A stretch of 64,000 nt of DNA from Bacteroidales bacterium (GCA_017645245.1 JAGCPG010000022.1:9519-73518), one strand, 5' to 3'. Shown: positions 10,155 through 20,816, numbered from the stretch's first letter. The notes: generated by a model from the letters alone, not told the origin. Translations and numbers: made by a program.

Positions 10155-11591
10155 ATGAAAAGATTGTTCGTCCTCATTATATGCTTCATGGCCCTGGTTT
10201 CCTCCTGCAAAAAGGAACACAGTCTCACCAACGACTCTAGCTGCAAGCTAGCGTTTTCGGTCGACACGGTCATGTTCGACACTGTGTTCACCACCTTGGG
10301 CTCGGCGACGCATCAATTGAAGGTTTACAACAACTACAAGGAAGATCTCAAAATCAGCGAGATCCGCTTGATTGGCGGGAATGTCTCACGTTTCAGGATC
10401 AACGTCGACGGCGTGAGCGGCTCGGAGTTTCGCGACAAGGTCATCCCTGCCAACGACAGCCTTTTCATTTTCTTGAATGTGACCATCGATCCCAACGACC
10501 AATACACTCCTTTCGTGGTGGAAGATGACATCCAGTTTGTCACTAACGGCAACACGCAGGATGTCAAACTGATGGCCTGGGGACAGAACGCGAGGTATAT
10601 CGTGGCTGACAAGCATGTCAACGGTTTTCCGGCCTTCAAGATCGTGGCTGACAGTTTGGAGACCACACATTGGACCAACGAACTCCCCTACGTGATCTAT
10701 GGTTATGCCTTAATCAACTCCTACGGAACGTTACATATCCATGAGGGTACACATATCTATATTCATGGCGGAGGCGGTCTTTGGTCGTGGAGCGACGGAC
10801 AGCTGATCATCGAAGGCACGGCCGAGAATCCCGTGACCATCGAAGGCGACCGGTTGGAGTATTATTTCCATGATCAGCCTGGACAGTGGGATCGCATCTG
10901 GCTCATGGACGCCCGTCCCAATGCCGATCACCAGATCGACCATGCCATCATCCGCAATGCCTTTATCGGGATTCAGGCGGAGTCGTTCGTCCATCCCACG
11001 GAGAGTGCGCTTCGCATCAACAATACCATCATTGAGAACCATTCGGGTGTCGGGATTTACGCTGTGCTGTATGCCATCGAGGCCAACAACATGGTCATCG
11101 ACAACTGCGGACAATATGCCTTTGCCGTTGTTCAAGGTGGTGACTACCTGATCCGTCATTCCACGATTGGGAACTACTGGTGGAAGTCAACGCGCACCAC
11201 TTCGTCCATGGTGCTTACCAACTACGTGGATGAAGACGGCGAGCGTTTCGAGTTCCCCTTCCACTTGGAGATGGGCAACAGCATTGTTTACGGTGCGCTG
11301 GAAGAAGAGTTCGGCACGGCTTTGAGCGGTGTCACGGTCGACACCTCCTACCTGTTTGACCATTGCCTGATGAAGACGAAAAAGCACAGCAACGCCCTGC
11401 CCGGGTTCGATGAGTGCATCTTCAATGAGGATCCGCTTTTTGTGGATTACAAGAACTTTGACCTTCACCTTGACAGCGTCTCACCCGTTTTGGGCAAAGG
11501 CAATCCCATCATCGGGGCACAAGTGCCTTTCGACCTCGATGGCAAACCACGCATTGGCGCACCCGATTTAGGTGCGTACCAATTGTTTTAA
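10155..11591 (+). CDS. lipoprotein with probable parallel beta-helix domain, unknown function
   Basis: MKRLFVLIICFMALVSSC lipobox. Repeated I.N...G-type segments (IRNAFIGIQA, INNTIIENHSGVGIYA, NMVIDNCGQYA). Confidence 0.5.
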   Translation: MKRLFVLIICFMALVSSCKKEHSLTNDSSCKLAFSVDTVMFDTVFTTLGSATHQLKVYNNYKEDLKISEIRLIGGNVSRFRINVDGVSGSEFRDKVIPANDSLFIFLNVTIDPNDQYTPFVVEDDIQFVTNGNTQDVKLMAWGQNARYIVADKHVNGFPAFKIVADSLETTHWTNELPYVIYGYALINSYGTLHIHEGTHIYIHGGGGLWSWSDGQLIIEGTAENPVTIEGDRLEYYFHDQPGQWDRIWLMDARPNADHQIDHAIIRNAFIGIQAESFVHPTESALRINNTIIENHSGVGIYAVLYAIEANNMVIDNCGQYAFAVVQGGDYLIRHSTIGNYWWKSTRTTSSMVLTNYVDEDGERFEFPFHLEMGNSIVYGALEEEFGTALSGVTVDTSYLFDHCLMKTKKHSNALPGFDECIFNEDPLFVDYKNFDLHLDSVSPVLGKGNPIIGAQVPFDLDGKPRIGAPDLGAYQLF

Positions 11592-12526
11592 TCCTTGTTG
11601 TTGTAATATTCCCTGAGGAAATCAGGCAGCTTGCGCATGGCGGCCTGTTCGCGCCATTGCTTGCGCACGTCTTGGGCAGGGACGCCGAAGACGGCCTTGC
11701 CGGGCTCGATGCTCTTATCGACGGCTGAAGTGGCCAGCACCACAGCACCTTCGCCGATCACCAGATCCTTGTTGACGCAGACACGACCCCAAAGGATGAC
11801 GTCATCTTCGATGCGGGTGACGCCGGCGATGGCGGCATGGCTGCCGATGAGGCAGTTGCGGCCGATGTAGCTGTCGTGGCCCACCTGGCAATGGTTGTCC
11901 ATCTTGGTGCCGCGACGTATGGTGGTGTCGCTGGTCACGCCCTTGTCGATGCTGCACAAAGCGCCGATCTCCACGTCATCCTCGATGACCACGCGGCCAA
12001 ACGACTCAAACTTCTTGTAGCTGTCGGAGCGGCGCTGGAAATAGTAGGCGTCGGCGCCGATGACGCTGCCGGAGTGGATGATGACGTTGTCGCCGATCAC
12101 ACAATAGTCGTATATGGTGACGTTGGGATGGATGATGCAGTTCTTGCCGATCTTGGTGTGGTTGCCCACGGATGAGCCGGGCATAATGACGGTCCCCTCC
12201 CCGATCTCTGCCGACGGGCTGATGGCCTCAGTGCAGGTCTCCTTGGGACGGTAGTGGCGCATGGCACGGAGGAACGCGTCGAAGGGGTCGTCATGAATGA
12301 GCAGGGCCTTGCCCTCAGGACACTCCACGTGCTTGTTGATAAGCACCACGGTGGCGGCTGAGTTCAAGGCCTTGCCGTAATATTTCGGGTGATCCACGAA
12401 AGTCACGTCGCCTGATTCCACCTTATGGATCTCGTTGAAACCAGTGACGGGGAAATTCGGATCGCCGACGAATTCTGCGCCGATCAGCTCGGCGACTTGT
12501 TTCAATGTGGTTTTCTTGATTTTCAT
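11588..12526 (-). CDS. lpxD: UDP-3-O-acylglucosamine N-acyltransferase (LpxD family)
   Basis: N-terminal LKQVAELIGAEFVGDPNFPVTGFNEIHKVESGDVTFV followed by a long run of hexapeptide repeats (IGKNCIIHPNVTIYDYCVIGDNVIIHSGSVIG...). Confidence 0.75.
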   Translation of the reverse strand: MKIKKTTLKQVAELIGAEFVGDPNFPVTGFNEIHKVESGDVTFVDHPKYYGKALNSAATVVLINKHVECPEGKALLIHDDPFDAFLRAMRHYRPKETCTEAISPSAEIGEGTVIMPGSSVGNHTKIGKNCIIHPNVTIYDYCVIGDNVIIHSGSVIGADAYYFQRRSDSYKKFESFGRVVIEDDVEIGALCSIDKGVTSDTTIRRGTKMDNHCQVGHDSYIGRNCLIGSHAAIAGVTRIEDDVILWGRVCVNKDLVIGEGAVVLATSAVDKSIEPGKAVFGVPAQDVRKQWREQAAMRKLPDFLREYYNNKD

Positions 12527-13089
12527 CAGGCTTTCACTCGTTCACAATATTCACCGGTACGGGTGTCGACACGGATCAAGTCATCAGTGTTGATAAACAG
12601 AGGCACGCGGACCATGGCGCCGGTCTCAACGGTGGCTTCCTTGAGCGCGTTGGTGGCGGTGTTGCCCTTCTCGCCGGGTTCTGTGTAGGTCACCTTAAGC
12701 ACAGTCTTCACAGGCATCTCAGCGTAAAGGATGGTCTCGGTGGAAGCGTCGACGACGACGTCAACGATGTCGTTTTCCTTCATGAATTTAACGCCGGTGA
12801 TGTTGCCTTCGGCGATCGGAATCTGATCGTAGGTCTCCGTGTGCATGAAGATGAAATCTTCACCTTCCTTGTACAGGTATTGGTATGGACGGTGTTCCAC
12901 GCGGACTTCCTCCAACTTCACACCGATATCGAATCTCTTTTCAAGCACGTTGCCGCTGAGGACGTCCTTCAGCTTGATACGCATGATGGTGTTGCCCTTT
13001 CCGGGTTTAACGTGTTGGAAATCAATGCAGAAATAAATCTTTCCATCCATGCGGATGGCACTTCCGATCTTTACATCTTGACTAAGCAT
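12526..13089 (-). CDS. efp: elongation factor P
   Basis: 187 aa. VKPGKGNTIMRIKLKDVLSG and the C-terminal PLFINTDDLIRVDTRTGEY block. The stop overlaps the lpxD start by 1 nt (TGATG). Confidence 0.9.
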   Translation of the reverse strand: MLSQDVKIGSAIRMDGKIYFCIDFQHVKPGKGNTIMRIKLKDVLSGNVLEKRFDIGVKLEEVRVEHRPYQYLYKEGEDFIFMHTETYDQIPIAEGNITGVKFMKENDIVDVVVDASTETILYAEMPVKTVLKVTYTEPGEKGNTATNALKEATVETGAMVRVPLFINTDDLIRVDTRTGEYCERVKA

Positions 13090-13181
13090 AGTAGTTTATT
13101 TAAGATTTGATAATTATGATTTAAAATAAAAGTGCAAAAAAACGGAAAAAAATTGGAATATTCAAGGATTTTTTTTCAAAA

Positions 13182-13475
13182 TCACCTGAAAACGATGTCG
13201 GTAAGCAGTTCGTAACCCACCAAATCGTTGAGATTTTTCCTTAAAACAGTCTTCGAATAGCTCAATTCGTTGCGCAAACTGTCGGACGTGAGACTCACGA
13301 GCAGCACGCCATCCTTGATGTGCAAATCCTTGGTGTATTGGGCAATGAACGGCCCAACGACCGATTTCCAACTCTTGACGATTTTCACCTCGTCGAGGTA
13401 GTTCGGCCCCTTGCGCTCCTCATAGAATGCCTTGATCAGCTCCCCTACCGTGTTTTGGTTCGGATCCTTACTCAT
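13182..13475 (-). CDS. DUF721 domain protein (recF-associated)
   Basis: 97 aa, overlaps the recF stop by 8 nt. This is the typical recF-DUF721 arrangement. Confidence 0.65.
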   Translation of the reverse strand: MSKDPNQNTVGELIKAFYEERKGPNYLDEVKIVKSWKSVVGPFIAQYTKDLHIKDGVLLVSLTSDSLRNELSYSKTVLRKNLNDLVGYELLTDIVFR

Positions 13476-14583
13476 TGCTGATCAATTTGACGTGTCCTGA
13501 TTCGACTTCGAAGATCCTGTGATTGATGTCGGTGTCTTCGAAAAGCCGTTCAATGCGTTGCTGTTGGGTATCGGTGATGAACACCTGCCCGAAATGGTTG
13601 TCGCCCACTAGCCTGACGAGCTTCATCACCCGCTGGTCGTCGAGTTTGTCGAAGATGTCGTCGAGCAATAGGATGGGCTTATAGCCGATCTTCTGGTAGT
13701 TGTACTCGAATTGGGCCAAACGGATCGATACCACAAACGACTTCTGCTGGCCTTGGGAGCCGAATTTCTTCAGGGGATGCCCATCGAGGCGGAATTCCAG
13801 ATCGTCCTTGTGGATGCCTACGTTGGTATAGCATGAATAACTGTCCTGTTGGAGACTTTCTTCCAACAGCTGTTCCATGGGCTTCTCATCAAGCTTTGAG
13901 CAATAGCCCACCTCCACCTGTTCCTTGGCGCCGGAAACCACCTCGTAGAAATGTTGGAAAATGGGTCGGAACTCCTCCAGGAAACGCTTGCGTTTCTCGT
14001 GGATGTCGCTAGCACAAAGGCATAGCGGTTCGTCCCAAAGTTGCAACAAGGTACGGTCGAAATGGCGTGAGTCGGCAAACTGACGGAGCTGCATGTTGCG
14101 TTGCAGCAGGGCGCGGTTGTACTTGAGCAAAGCGCTGAGATACAGCGGATCAAACTGGGAAATGACCCCATCAATGAATTTGCGCCTTAGATCGCTGCCA
14201 TCGTTGATCAGGTCGCGGTCGTAGGGCGAGATCATCACCAAAGGGAACTTCCCGATATGGTCGGAAAGCCGATCGTATTCTTTCTTGTTGAACTTGAACG
14301 ATTTCTTGGTGTCGCGTTTCTGGACACACGAAACCAACTCATTCTCCTTGCCATCAAAGCCGTAGGTGCCATGGATGCTGAAAAAATCCTGGTCATGGCG
14401 GATGTTCAGTTTGTCGACGGCGTTGAAGAAGCTCTTGCAGAACGAAAGGTAATAGATGGAATCGAGGATGTTGGTCTTGCCTGCCCCATTGAGTCCGACG
14501 AAACAATTCACCTTCTCCGAAAACGCCAGCTCGGCGGATTCGCAGTTCTTGAAGTTGGCCAGACGCAATTCCTTCAGGTACAT
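13468..14583 (-). CDS. recF: DNA replication/repair protein RecF
   Basis: Walker A GLNGAGKTNILD, signature FGSQGQQKSF, Walker B PILLLDDIFDKLD. Confidence 0.9.
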   Translation of the reverse strand: MYLKELRLANFKNCESAELAFSEKVNCFVGLNGAGKTNILDSIYYLSFCKSFFNAVDKLNIRHDQDFFSIHGTYGFDGKENELVSCVQKRDTKKSFKFNKKEYDRLSDHIGKFPLVMISPYDRDLINDGSDLRRKFIDGVISQFDPLYLSALLKYNRALLQRNMQLRQFADSRHFDRTLLQLWDEPLCLCASDIHEKRKRFLEEFRPIFQHFYEVVSGAKEQVEVGYCSKLDEKPMEQLLEESLQQDSYSCYTNVGIHKDDLEFRLDGHPLKKFGSQGQQKSFVVSIRLAQFEYNYQKIGYKPILLLDDIFDKLDDQRVMKLVRLVGDNHFGQVFITDTQQQRIERLFEDTDINHRIFEVESGHVKLISNE

Positions 14584-15618
14584 TTAGAACTTGTTGAGAT
14601 CCAAGGTGATGGTAAGATAGTTGGGCGACAAGGTGATGTTGTCGCGTGAGCGGGCATAGCTGATCTCAAACATCTTGATCTTGACGGCCAGACCTGCCGA
14701 GAAGCCCACCATTGTACGGGCTTTTGGCACGTTCATGGCATAGCGTTTGCCATAGTTGAACGCGGAGCGCAGCACGATGTTCTTGCCGATGTACAGCTCA
14801 CCGCCGACCACCAAGTGGGTGGCCAGGTTCTTGGCAAAATGAACCACGCCGTTCTCGGCAGTGAGTTCGCCTGTGATGGGATCGGTATGCTCTTCGATAT
14901 ACAATGGAGTCTCCATCATTTTGTTCCATTTCTGGAGGTCGTCATACCACACCATGACCGTCAAGGGCAGGTGCTCAAGTTTGTGTGAAGCGCCCACGTC
15001 GATGGAGAAAGGCAACGGACAATGTCTGTTGTCAAAGTTATTGAAGAGCTGTGTGCCGATGTTTCGGGCGTTCAGCGTGATGATCCAGTTGTTGTCCGTA
15101 TGATACATGCCGGCCACATCCACGGCCAAAGCTCCAGCGGCATAGCTCTCATATTGCAGTCCAGCGTATTTCAGCGCTGCGCCGATGCTCCAATGGGGCG
15201 ACAGGCGACGTCCCCACCCGATGTTCACCGAGTAATCGGAGACCGAGAAATCACCAAGCACGGTGCCGCCTTCTGAAGTCTCGTCGAAATGCCCGTAGTT
15301 GTGGTATTGCACCGTGGCGGCAAACGACCCGATCCCAGTGAAATGGCGGGCGTATTGTGCAGTGATGAAATTGATGTCGGAATAATAGTCCACGTAGGAA
15401 AGCCCCAGTCGGTTGCTCATGGTGGAGTCGATGGCGGCGGGATTGAAGGTGCTGAGCTGAATGTCGTTGTCGTTCATGGGCAACGGCAAACCGCCCAAGG
15501 CAGCCACTCTGGCCGAGTTGGTCGCTCTCAGGAACGAATAGGTGCCATTGGTTTGCTGGGCTGTGACCGTAGCCATCCAACCCAACACCAGAGTCAATAT
15601 CAGTATCGTTTTTTTCAT
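14584..15618 (-). CDS. porQ: type IX secretion system membrane protein, PorQ family
   Basis: Signal peptide, then YSFLRATNSARVAALGG and a beta-barrel-like pattern. 344 aa. Family assignment is from memory. Confidence 0.6.
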   Translation of the reverse strand: MKKTILILTLVLGWMATVTAQQTNGTYSFLRATNSARVAALGGLPLPMNDNDIQLSTFNPAAIDSTMSNRLGLSYVDYYSDINFITAQYARHFTGIGSFAATVQYHNYGHFDETSEGGTVLGDFSVSDYSVNIGWGRRLSPHWSIGAALKYAGLQYESYAAGALAVDVAGMYHTDNNWIITLNARNIGTQLFNNFDNRHCPLPFSIDVGASHKLEHLPLTVMVWYDDLQKWNKMMETPLYIEEHTDPITGELTAENGVVHFAKNLATHLVVGGELYIGKNIVLRSAFNYGKRYAMNVPKARTMVGFSAGLAVKIKMFEISYARSRDNITLSPNYLTITLDLNKF

Positions 15619-15634
15619 ACCTATTAATTAAAGG

Positions 15635-16594
15635 TCAAACCAGACCCCTTCCGCTTTTCACCAGCTTTCCCTCCGCCGTGAGCTGTTCGGCGAGCTTATC
15701 GAGAATGCCGTTGACGAAACGGCGGCTGTCAGGCGTGCTGTAGTATTTCGAAATCTCAATGTATTCGTTGATGGTGACCTTCACGGGGATGTCGCGGAAC
15801 TGGCAGAACTCGGTCAAAGCCATGAAGATGATGATCTTGTCCATCAAGGCGATGCGGTCGTAATCCCAGTTGGAGATGTTGGCCTTCACCAGTTCCTGGT
15901 ACTCGTCGGCATGCTTCAAGGTCTCCTTGAACAGCTTGACGAGGAAGGTCTTGTCGTCGTTGGTGTCGTCGTGTTCCGTCTTGAACGCCGGCGGGATCTT
16001 CGTCGTGGCGTTGAACTTGGTATCCATCTCGTTGATGAATTTCCACAGCAGGAAAAGCCCCAGTTGATAGTCGCTGTTGTAGCCCAGGCTCTTGTCGGCA
16101 TAGTAGTCGAACAGCACTTCGTCTTCCGCAATATGGTTGTCGATGACGTCGAGGATCAGCTGCTTGTCAAAGGCAAAGCTGTCCTTTTTACTGTTCATAT
16201 ATTCCTGATATTCAGGATATTCACGAAGACGATTGTAGAAACCGCGGATGAAGTCCTCGCGATCGTCAGCCCAGTTGATCTTATATTTCTCTTGGAGGGC
16301 TTGCAGGTTGCGGTTGCTTTCCAGTGCATTGAGTACCCTGTTGTTGATGAACTTGCGATTCGGGTTGAGGTCTTCGGCCGTGGGGAAATTCTTGTGCTGG
16401 TTCTCCTCGATCCTGCGTTCGGCAAAACACTTCACCTCGACCCAGAACGTCAGTTGGCGGATGAAAAGCCCGTAAAGCGTGTCCACGCCGTTAAGCAGGC
16501 GGCGTTCGGCGGCAAGCATATCCGATTCCTCGGCCTGGTGGTAGGCATAGATTTCCTGTAACACCTTGACTCTCAAAAACCTTCTGTTAAGCAT
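15635..16594 (-). CDS. nusB: transcription antitermination factor NusB (long Bacteroidota form)
   Basis: MLNRRFLRVKVLQEIYAY N-terminus. C-terminal IALMDKIIIFMALTEF...INEYIEISKYYSTPDSRRFVNGILDK NusB core. Confidence 0.8.
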   Translation of the reverse strand: MLNRRFLRVKVLQEIYAYHQAEESDMLAAERRLLNGVDTLYGLFIRQLTFWVEVKCFAERRIEENQHKNFPTAEDLNPNRKFINNRVLNALESNRNLQALQEKYKINWADDREDFIRGFYNRLREYPEYQEYMNSKKDSFAFDKQLILDVIDNHIAEDEVLFDYYADKSLGYNSDYQLGLFLLWKFINEMDTKFNATTKIPPAFKTEHDDTNDDKTFLVKLFKETLKHADEYQELVKANISNWDYDRIALMDKIIIFMALTEFCQFRDIPVKVTINEYIEISKYYSTPDSRRFVNGILDKLAEQLTAEGKLVKSGRGLV

Positions 16595-16644
16595 AAAAAT
16601 AAAATAATTACCATGTTTAAAACTGCAAATTTAAGAAATTATTT

Positions 16645-16652
16645 TATCTTTG
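16645..16652 (+). promoter_or_regulatory. -7 promoter box (TATCTTTG)
   Basis: tatctttg lies about 60 nt upstream of rubrerythrin ATG 16714. Confidence 0.4.
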
Positions 16653-16713
16653 CAATCACAACATACGAAAAACAGAACAACTCAAAACTTATTTAATTGA
16701 AAGGAAAACAAGT

Positions 16714-17259
16714 ATGAAAAAGAAATTCATCTGCCCTATTTGCGGTTTCGTTTATGAAGGCGAAGAAGCCCCGGAACGTTGCCCTCAATGCAGACAAATC
16801 GTCGAATGGAAAGTCGTTGACGAGAGTGCTGCCCTGAACTTTGTCACTGAACATGTCATCGGCATCGCCAAGGACACAGGTGACGAGATGATCAAGGACC
16901 TCAACGCACAGTTTATGGGTGAGGCCACCGAGGTCGGTATGTATCTGGCCATGAGCCGTCAGGCCGACCGCGAAGGCTATCCCGAGATTGCCGAGGCTTT
17001 CAAACGCTATGCCTTTGAAGAGGCCGACCACGCTTCACGCTTTGCCGAACTTCTTGGTGAAGTGGTTTGGGACACCAAGACGAACCTCTACAAGCGCATG
17101 ATTGCCGAATGTGGCGCCTGCGAAGAGAAGATGCGTATTGCCCGCGTGGCCAAGGAACGCAACCTCGACGCCATCCACGACACCGTCCACGAGATGGCCA
17201 AGGACGAAGCCCGTCACGGCAAAGGCTTTGAAGGACTGTATAAGAGATATTTTGAATGA
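16714..17259 (+). CDS. rbr: rubrerythrin with N-terminal rubredoxin-like domain (reverse rubrerythrin)
   Basis: [10 protein letters not shown]...CPQC at the N-terminus, then di-iron ferritin-like motifs ([25 protein letters not shown]). Confidence 0.8.
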   Translation: MKKKFICPICGFVYEGEEAPERCPQCRQIVEWKVVDESAALNFVTEHVIGIAKDTGDEMIKDLNAQFMGEATEVGMYLAMSRQADREGYPEIAEAFKRYAFEEADHASRFAELLGEVVWDTKTNLYKRMIAECGACEEKMRIARVAKERNLDAIHDTVHEMAKDEARHGKGFEGLYKRYFE

Positions 17260-17270
17260 ATTAGTAATTA

Positions 17271-17327
17271 AGAATTTAGAATTTAGAGAGATTGAAGCGC
17301 CCCCTAAATCTCTAAATTCTAAATTCT
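17271..17327 (+). terminator. 19-bp perfect AT-rich stem-loop between rubrerythrin and ferritin
   Basis: agaatttagaatttagaga (17271-17289) pairs perfectly with tctctaaattctaaattct (17309-17327). It is built from the recurring ctctaaattc motif and has no clear T-tract. Confidence 0.45.
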
Positions 17328-17347
17328 AAACTCTAAATTAACAAAAG

Positions 17348-17866
17348 ATGATAAGTAAGAAATTAGCAAAAGCTCTCAACGACCAAATCAACGCTGAGAT
17401 GTGGTCGGCATACCTTTACCTGAGCATGTCCCAGGACGTCTATGCCAAAGGCTTCAAAGGCATCGCCAATTGGTTCAAAGTGCAATTCCAAGAGGAACAA
17501 GCCCACGCTGAGATCATGATCAACTACCTCCACTCACAGAATGAGAAGGTGATCCTGGCTCCCATCGCCAAGGTGCAGACCTCATGGAAGACCGTTCTCG
17601 CCGCTTTTGAGGACACCTTGAAACATGAGCAGAAAGTGACCGCCATGATCAACAACCTCTGCGACATCGCCGACGAGGATCATGACCGCGCCGCCGGCAA
17701 CTTCCTGGCTTGGTTCATCGACGAACAGGTTGAGGAAGAGGAAAACGCCCGCGACCTCATTACCCAGTGCAAGATGATCAACGGTGACCTGAATGGTTTG
17801 ATGGCGCTCGACAAGGAGCTCGCCGTAAGGGTTTTCAACACTCCTTCGCCGCTTTTGAAAGCATAA
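17348..17866 (+). CDS. ftnA: non-heme ferritin
   Basis: LNDQINAEMWSAYLYLSMS, EEQAHAE and EQVEEE ferroxidase-site pattern. 172 aa. Confidence 0.85.
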   Translation: MISKKLAKALNDQINAEMWSAYLYLSMSQDVYAKGFKGIANWFKVQFQEEQAHAEIMINYLHSQNEKVILAPIAKVQTSWKTVLAAFEDTLKHEQKVTAMINNLCDIADEDHDRAAGNFLAWFIDEQVEEEENARDLITQCKMINGDLNGLMALDKELAVRVFNTPSPLLKA

Positions 17867-17884
17867 GGGAAACGGCAATCAATG

Positions 17885-17917
17885 AAAAAGCCCCGAAGTT
17901 TTTCGGGGCTTTTTTTG
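17885..17917. terminator. bidirectional rho-independent terminator
   Basis: aaaaagccccgaa / ttcggggcttttttt lies between the convergent ferritin and S8 peptidase genes. Confidence 0.7.
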
Positions 17918-19561
17918 TTATTTGGTGATGACCAGCCTTACAGTCTGCGATCCGTTTTCAGAGTCGGCTTGGATGAAGTAAACACCGTTGTCCAGGCCAT
18001 TCAGGAAATGCTCGATGGCGTTGTGGTTCAAACCGTCGAAACGATAGGACTTCAGATGGCGCCCCATTACGTCGAAAACCTTGATGTCAGCCGTGAAACC
18101 CTCGATCAGCTTCAGATGCACGTTGCCATTCGAAGGGTTGGGAAACACGGAAATGATCTCGTTCTGTTGGTGGAAGGTGTCCACTTTCAGTGTCTCCAGT
18201 GCTAGATGGAAGTTCGGTATGCCGTAGCCGTTGTAGCTGTCGGGGTTGTCGGCATTGTTGCCAGCCATGCGTATGGCGTCGCAGATCTCCTGTACCGAGG
18301 CGTTCGGGCGGGCTTGACGCAGACAAGCCACCGCACCAGCCAGCACCGGGCATGAGAACGAGGTGCCGTCGCCATTGTAGTAAGGCCACCAACTGCCATA
18401 ACCACTGGCTACGTATGTGCCTTCTCCCATGGCCATCACATCAGGTTTGATGCGGCCATCGTAGGTTGGGCCAACAGAGCTGAAATAGGCACGTTCGCCA
18501 GCTGCGTTAACCGCACCTACGGTAAGGATGTGCTCAGCGTCGGCTGGGATGCCTAAGGTGCAGGTGCCACTACCTTCGTTGCCGGCGGAGTTCATGCAAA
18601 TGATGCCACGACTGGCGGCGATCTCAGCACCAATGGTCATCGGAGCGGTGTGGCCATCATAATCCGGAAAGTGGTGATCCCATTGCGGCATGTCAAAATC
18701 GATATAGCCTAACGAGGTGGAGCACACGTCAACGCCAAGGGAGTCGGCGTATTCGGCACCCGAAACCCAGTTGTATTCCTCCACGATGTTTTCGCCTCCG
18801 CCGTCTTCGGTGTGAAACAGGTAATAGGAAGCTTTTGGGGCCGTGCCAACCATGTTGTTCGGGTCGTAAGCGCCCATCGTGCTCAAGCATGAAGTACCAT
18901 GGGTGCTCTGCGAATACACCGTGGTGGAGCCATAAACGAAGTCGCGAACGCCAAGCAGACGGCCTTCCTCGCGCATGTTGTCGAAACACGATTGGTCTGG
19001 AGTTCCTTCAAAACCACCATCCAAAACGGCAATGATCACACCCGTTCCGTCATAACCCATATCATGCAGCTCGTTGACTTTCAGCTGAAAAACTTGATCG
19101 TGGGCACCGCCGTAGAAATCCCTGGCGATCACCGGACTGCCGGAAACCCTGAGTTCGTTCTCGAGCCAGATCTCCTTGTTGCGTTGGGCTTCAGGATAGT
19201 TTGGACAATTTCTTACAACTTCAACAAAATCAAGTGCATTAATAGCATCAATTACAGCAGAACTTGAAGTATATACAGATACGCCGTTCAACCACTTTGA
19301 GGGATTCAACAGCTGTGCTCCGCAATCGGCGACAGCCTGAAGGTATTGTGGATTCACGGGAATATCGTATTCGTCGATGGCGATGCCGAGACGGGCACGG
19401 CGATCCAAGGCGCGCTGTGAAAGGTAGGCCTCAGGATTGTCGATGGAATAGGGCGAGTTGTTCTTGTCAGTGAACTGAACCCAATAGATGTTGGTCGCTA
19501 TTTGTGCCTGGGAGAACACGGTGGACGCGATCAGCAGTAAAAGTAAGCAGAGTCTTTTCAT
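17918..19561 (-). CDS. S8 (subtilisin-family) serine peptidase with T9SS C-terminal sorting domain
   Basis: Signal peptide MKRLCLLLLLIASTVFSQAQ. Asp/His/Ser blocks (VIIAVLDGG, HGTSCLS, GTSFSCP). CTD VFPNPSNGNVHLKL...GVYFIQADSENGSQTVRLVITK. Confidence 0.8.
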   Translation of the reverse strand: MKRLCLLLLLIASTVFSQAQIATNIYWVQFTDKNNSPYSIDNPEAYLSQRALDRRARLGIAIDEYDIPVNPQYLQAVADCGAQLLNPSKWLNGVSVYTSSSAVIDAINALDFVEVVRNCPNYPEAQRNKEIWLENELRVSGSPVIARDFYGGAHDQVFQLKVNELHDMGYDGTGVIIAVLDGGFEGTPDQSCFDNMREEGRLLGVRDFVYGSTTVYSQSTHGTSCLSTMGAYDPNNMVGTAPKASYYLFHTEDGGGENIVEEYNWVSGAEYADSLGVDVCSTSLGYIDFDMPQWDHHFPDYDGHTAPMTIGAEIAASRGIICMNSAGNEGSGTCTLGIPADAEHILTVGAVNAAGERAYFSSVGPTYDGRIKPDVMAMGEGTYVASGYGSWWPYYNGDGTSFSCPVLAGAVACLRQARPNASVQEICDAIRMAGNNADNPDSYNGYGIPNFHLALETLKVDTFHQQNEIISVFPNPSNGNVHLKLIEGFTADIKVFDVMGRHLKSYRFDGLNHNAIEHFLNGLDNGVYFIQADSENGSQTVRLVITK

Positions 19562-19637
19562 GTTGTGATGAATTATTGGTTTGTTTGGGTGCAAAAGTAA
19601 TCATTTTTTGTGTACTTTTACCAAAATTTTTCAAGGC

Positions 19638-20330
19638 ATGAGAATCGACATCATCGCGATCTTTCCTGAGATGTTTCAGGGCCCCTTCACGGAATCCATC
19701 ATCAAACGCGCCATCAACAAAGGCATCGTGGAAATTGAGCTGCACAACCTGCGCGACTACAGTACAGACAAGCACAAGAAAGTGGACGACTACCCCTTCT
19801 CCGCAGGTGCCGGCATGGTGATGATGATCGAGCCGGTCGACAACTGCATCAGCCACCTGAAAAGCCAGCGTGATTACGACGAGGTGATCTACATGAGCCC
19901 CGACGGCGTGCTGCTTGACCAGCCTTTGTGCAACCAACTCTCATTGAAGGAAAACATCATCATTCTGTGTGGCCATTACAAAGGCATCGACGAGCGCATC
20001 CGCGAGCATCTCATCACCAAGGAGATCTCCATCGGCAACTATGTGCTTTCGGGTGGCGAGTTAGGTGCCGCCGTGTTGGTGGATAGCCTGGTGCGGTTAA
20101 TCCCGGGATCGTTGGGCGACGAGACCTCCGCCCTCTCCGACTCATTTCAGGATGGACTGGTCTCCCCTCCCGTTTACACAAGGCCTCGCAGCTACAAGGG
20201 CTGGGAAGTTCCGGAGATTCTCCTTTCGGGTAACGACCTCAAAATTAACGAGTGGAAACTGGAACAAGCATGGCAACGGACCAAGGAGCGCCGACCCGAA
20301 ATGTATGAAATCTTAAAAAAAAGCGAATAA
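19638..20330 (+). CDS. trmD: tRNA (guanine37-N1)-methyltransferase
   Basis: [17 protein letters not shown]..., [10 protein letters not shown] and [11 protein letters not shown] motifs. Internal Met of ORF 19581..20330. Confidence 0.9.
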   Translation: MRIDIIAIFPEMFQGPFTESIIKRAINKGIVEIELHNLRDYSTDKHKKVDDYPFSAGAGMVMMIEPVDNCISHLKSQRDYDEVIYMSPDGVLLDQPLCNQLSLKENIIILCGHYKGIDERIREHLITKEISIGNYVLSGGELGAAVLVDSLVRLIPGSLGDETSALSDSFQDGLVSPPVYTRPRSYKGWEVPEILLSGNDLKINEWKLEQAWQRTKERRPEMYEILKKSE

Positions 20331-20356
20331 AAAGCGTTCACAATCAAAATATTTCG

Positions 20357-20364
20357 TATATTTG
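20357..20364 (+). promoter_or_regulatory. -7 promoter box (TATATTTG)
   Basis: tatatttg lies 44 nt upstream of rplS ATG 20408. Confidence 0.4.
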
Positions 20365-20407
20365 CAGCCGTTTTTGACGAAAAATATATAAAAAAATATT
20401 ATAAAAA

Positions 20408-20764
20408 ATGAAGAACGCATTAATTCAATTCGTTGAGGATCAAGTCGTTGTAAAAGACTTTCCAAAGTTTAGAGCAGGTGATACAGTCACCGTTACCTAC
20501 AAGATCGTTGAGGGCAACAAGGAGCGTCTCCAGAAGTTCCAAGGTGTCGTTTTGAAGCGCAGTGGTTGTGGCAAGACCGCCACTTTCACCGTGAGAAAGA
20601 TCTCCAACAACATCGGTGTTGAGAGATGCTTCCCCATTGCTTCTCCTATGATTGACAGCATTGAGCTGAACAAGGAAGGCGCCGTCCGCAAGTCACGCAT
20701 TTACTACCTCAGAGGTTTGCGCGGCAAGAAGGCCCGTATCAAGGAAGCCAAACGCAAGGATTAA
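20408..20764 (+). CDS. rplS: 50S ribosomal protein L19
   Basis: FRAGDTVTVTYKIVEGNKERLQKFQGVVLKR...RKSRIYYLRGLRGKKARIKE. Confidence 0.95.
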   Translation: MKNALIQFVEDQVVVKDFPKFRAGDTVTVTYKIVEGNKERLQKFQGVVLKRSGCGKTATFTVRKISNNIGVERCFPIASPMIDSIELNKEGAVRKSRIYYLRGLRGKKARIKEAKRKD

Positions 20765-20786
20765 TTCCTCAGTTAACGAAAAAGAA

Positions 20787-20816
20787 AATCCCGACCATCC
20801 GGCCGGGATTTTTTGT
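20787..20816. terminator. terminator hairpin between the convergent rplS and symporter genes
   Basis: atcccg...cgggat stem followed by tttttg. Confidence 0.55.
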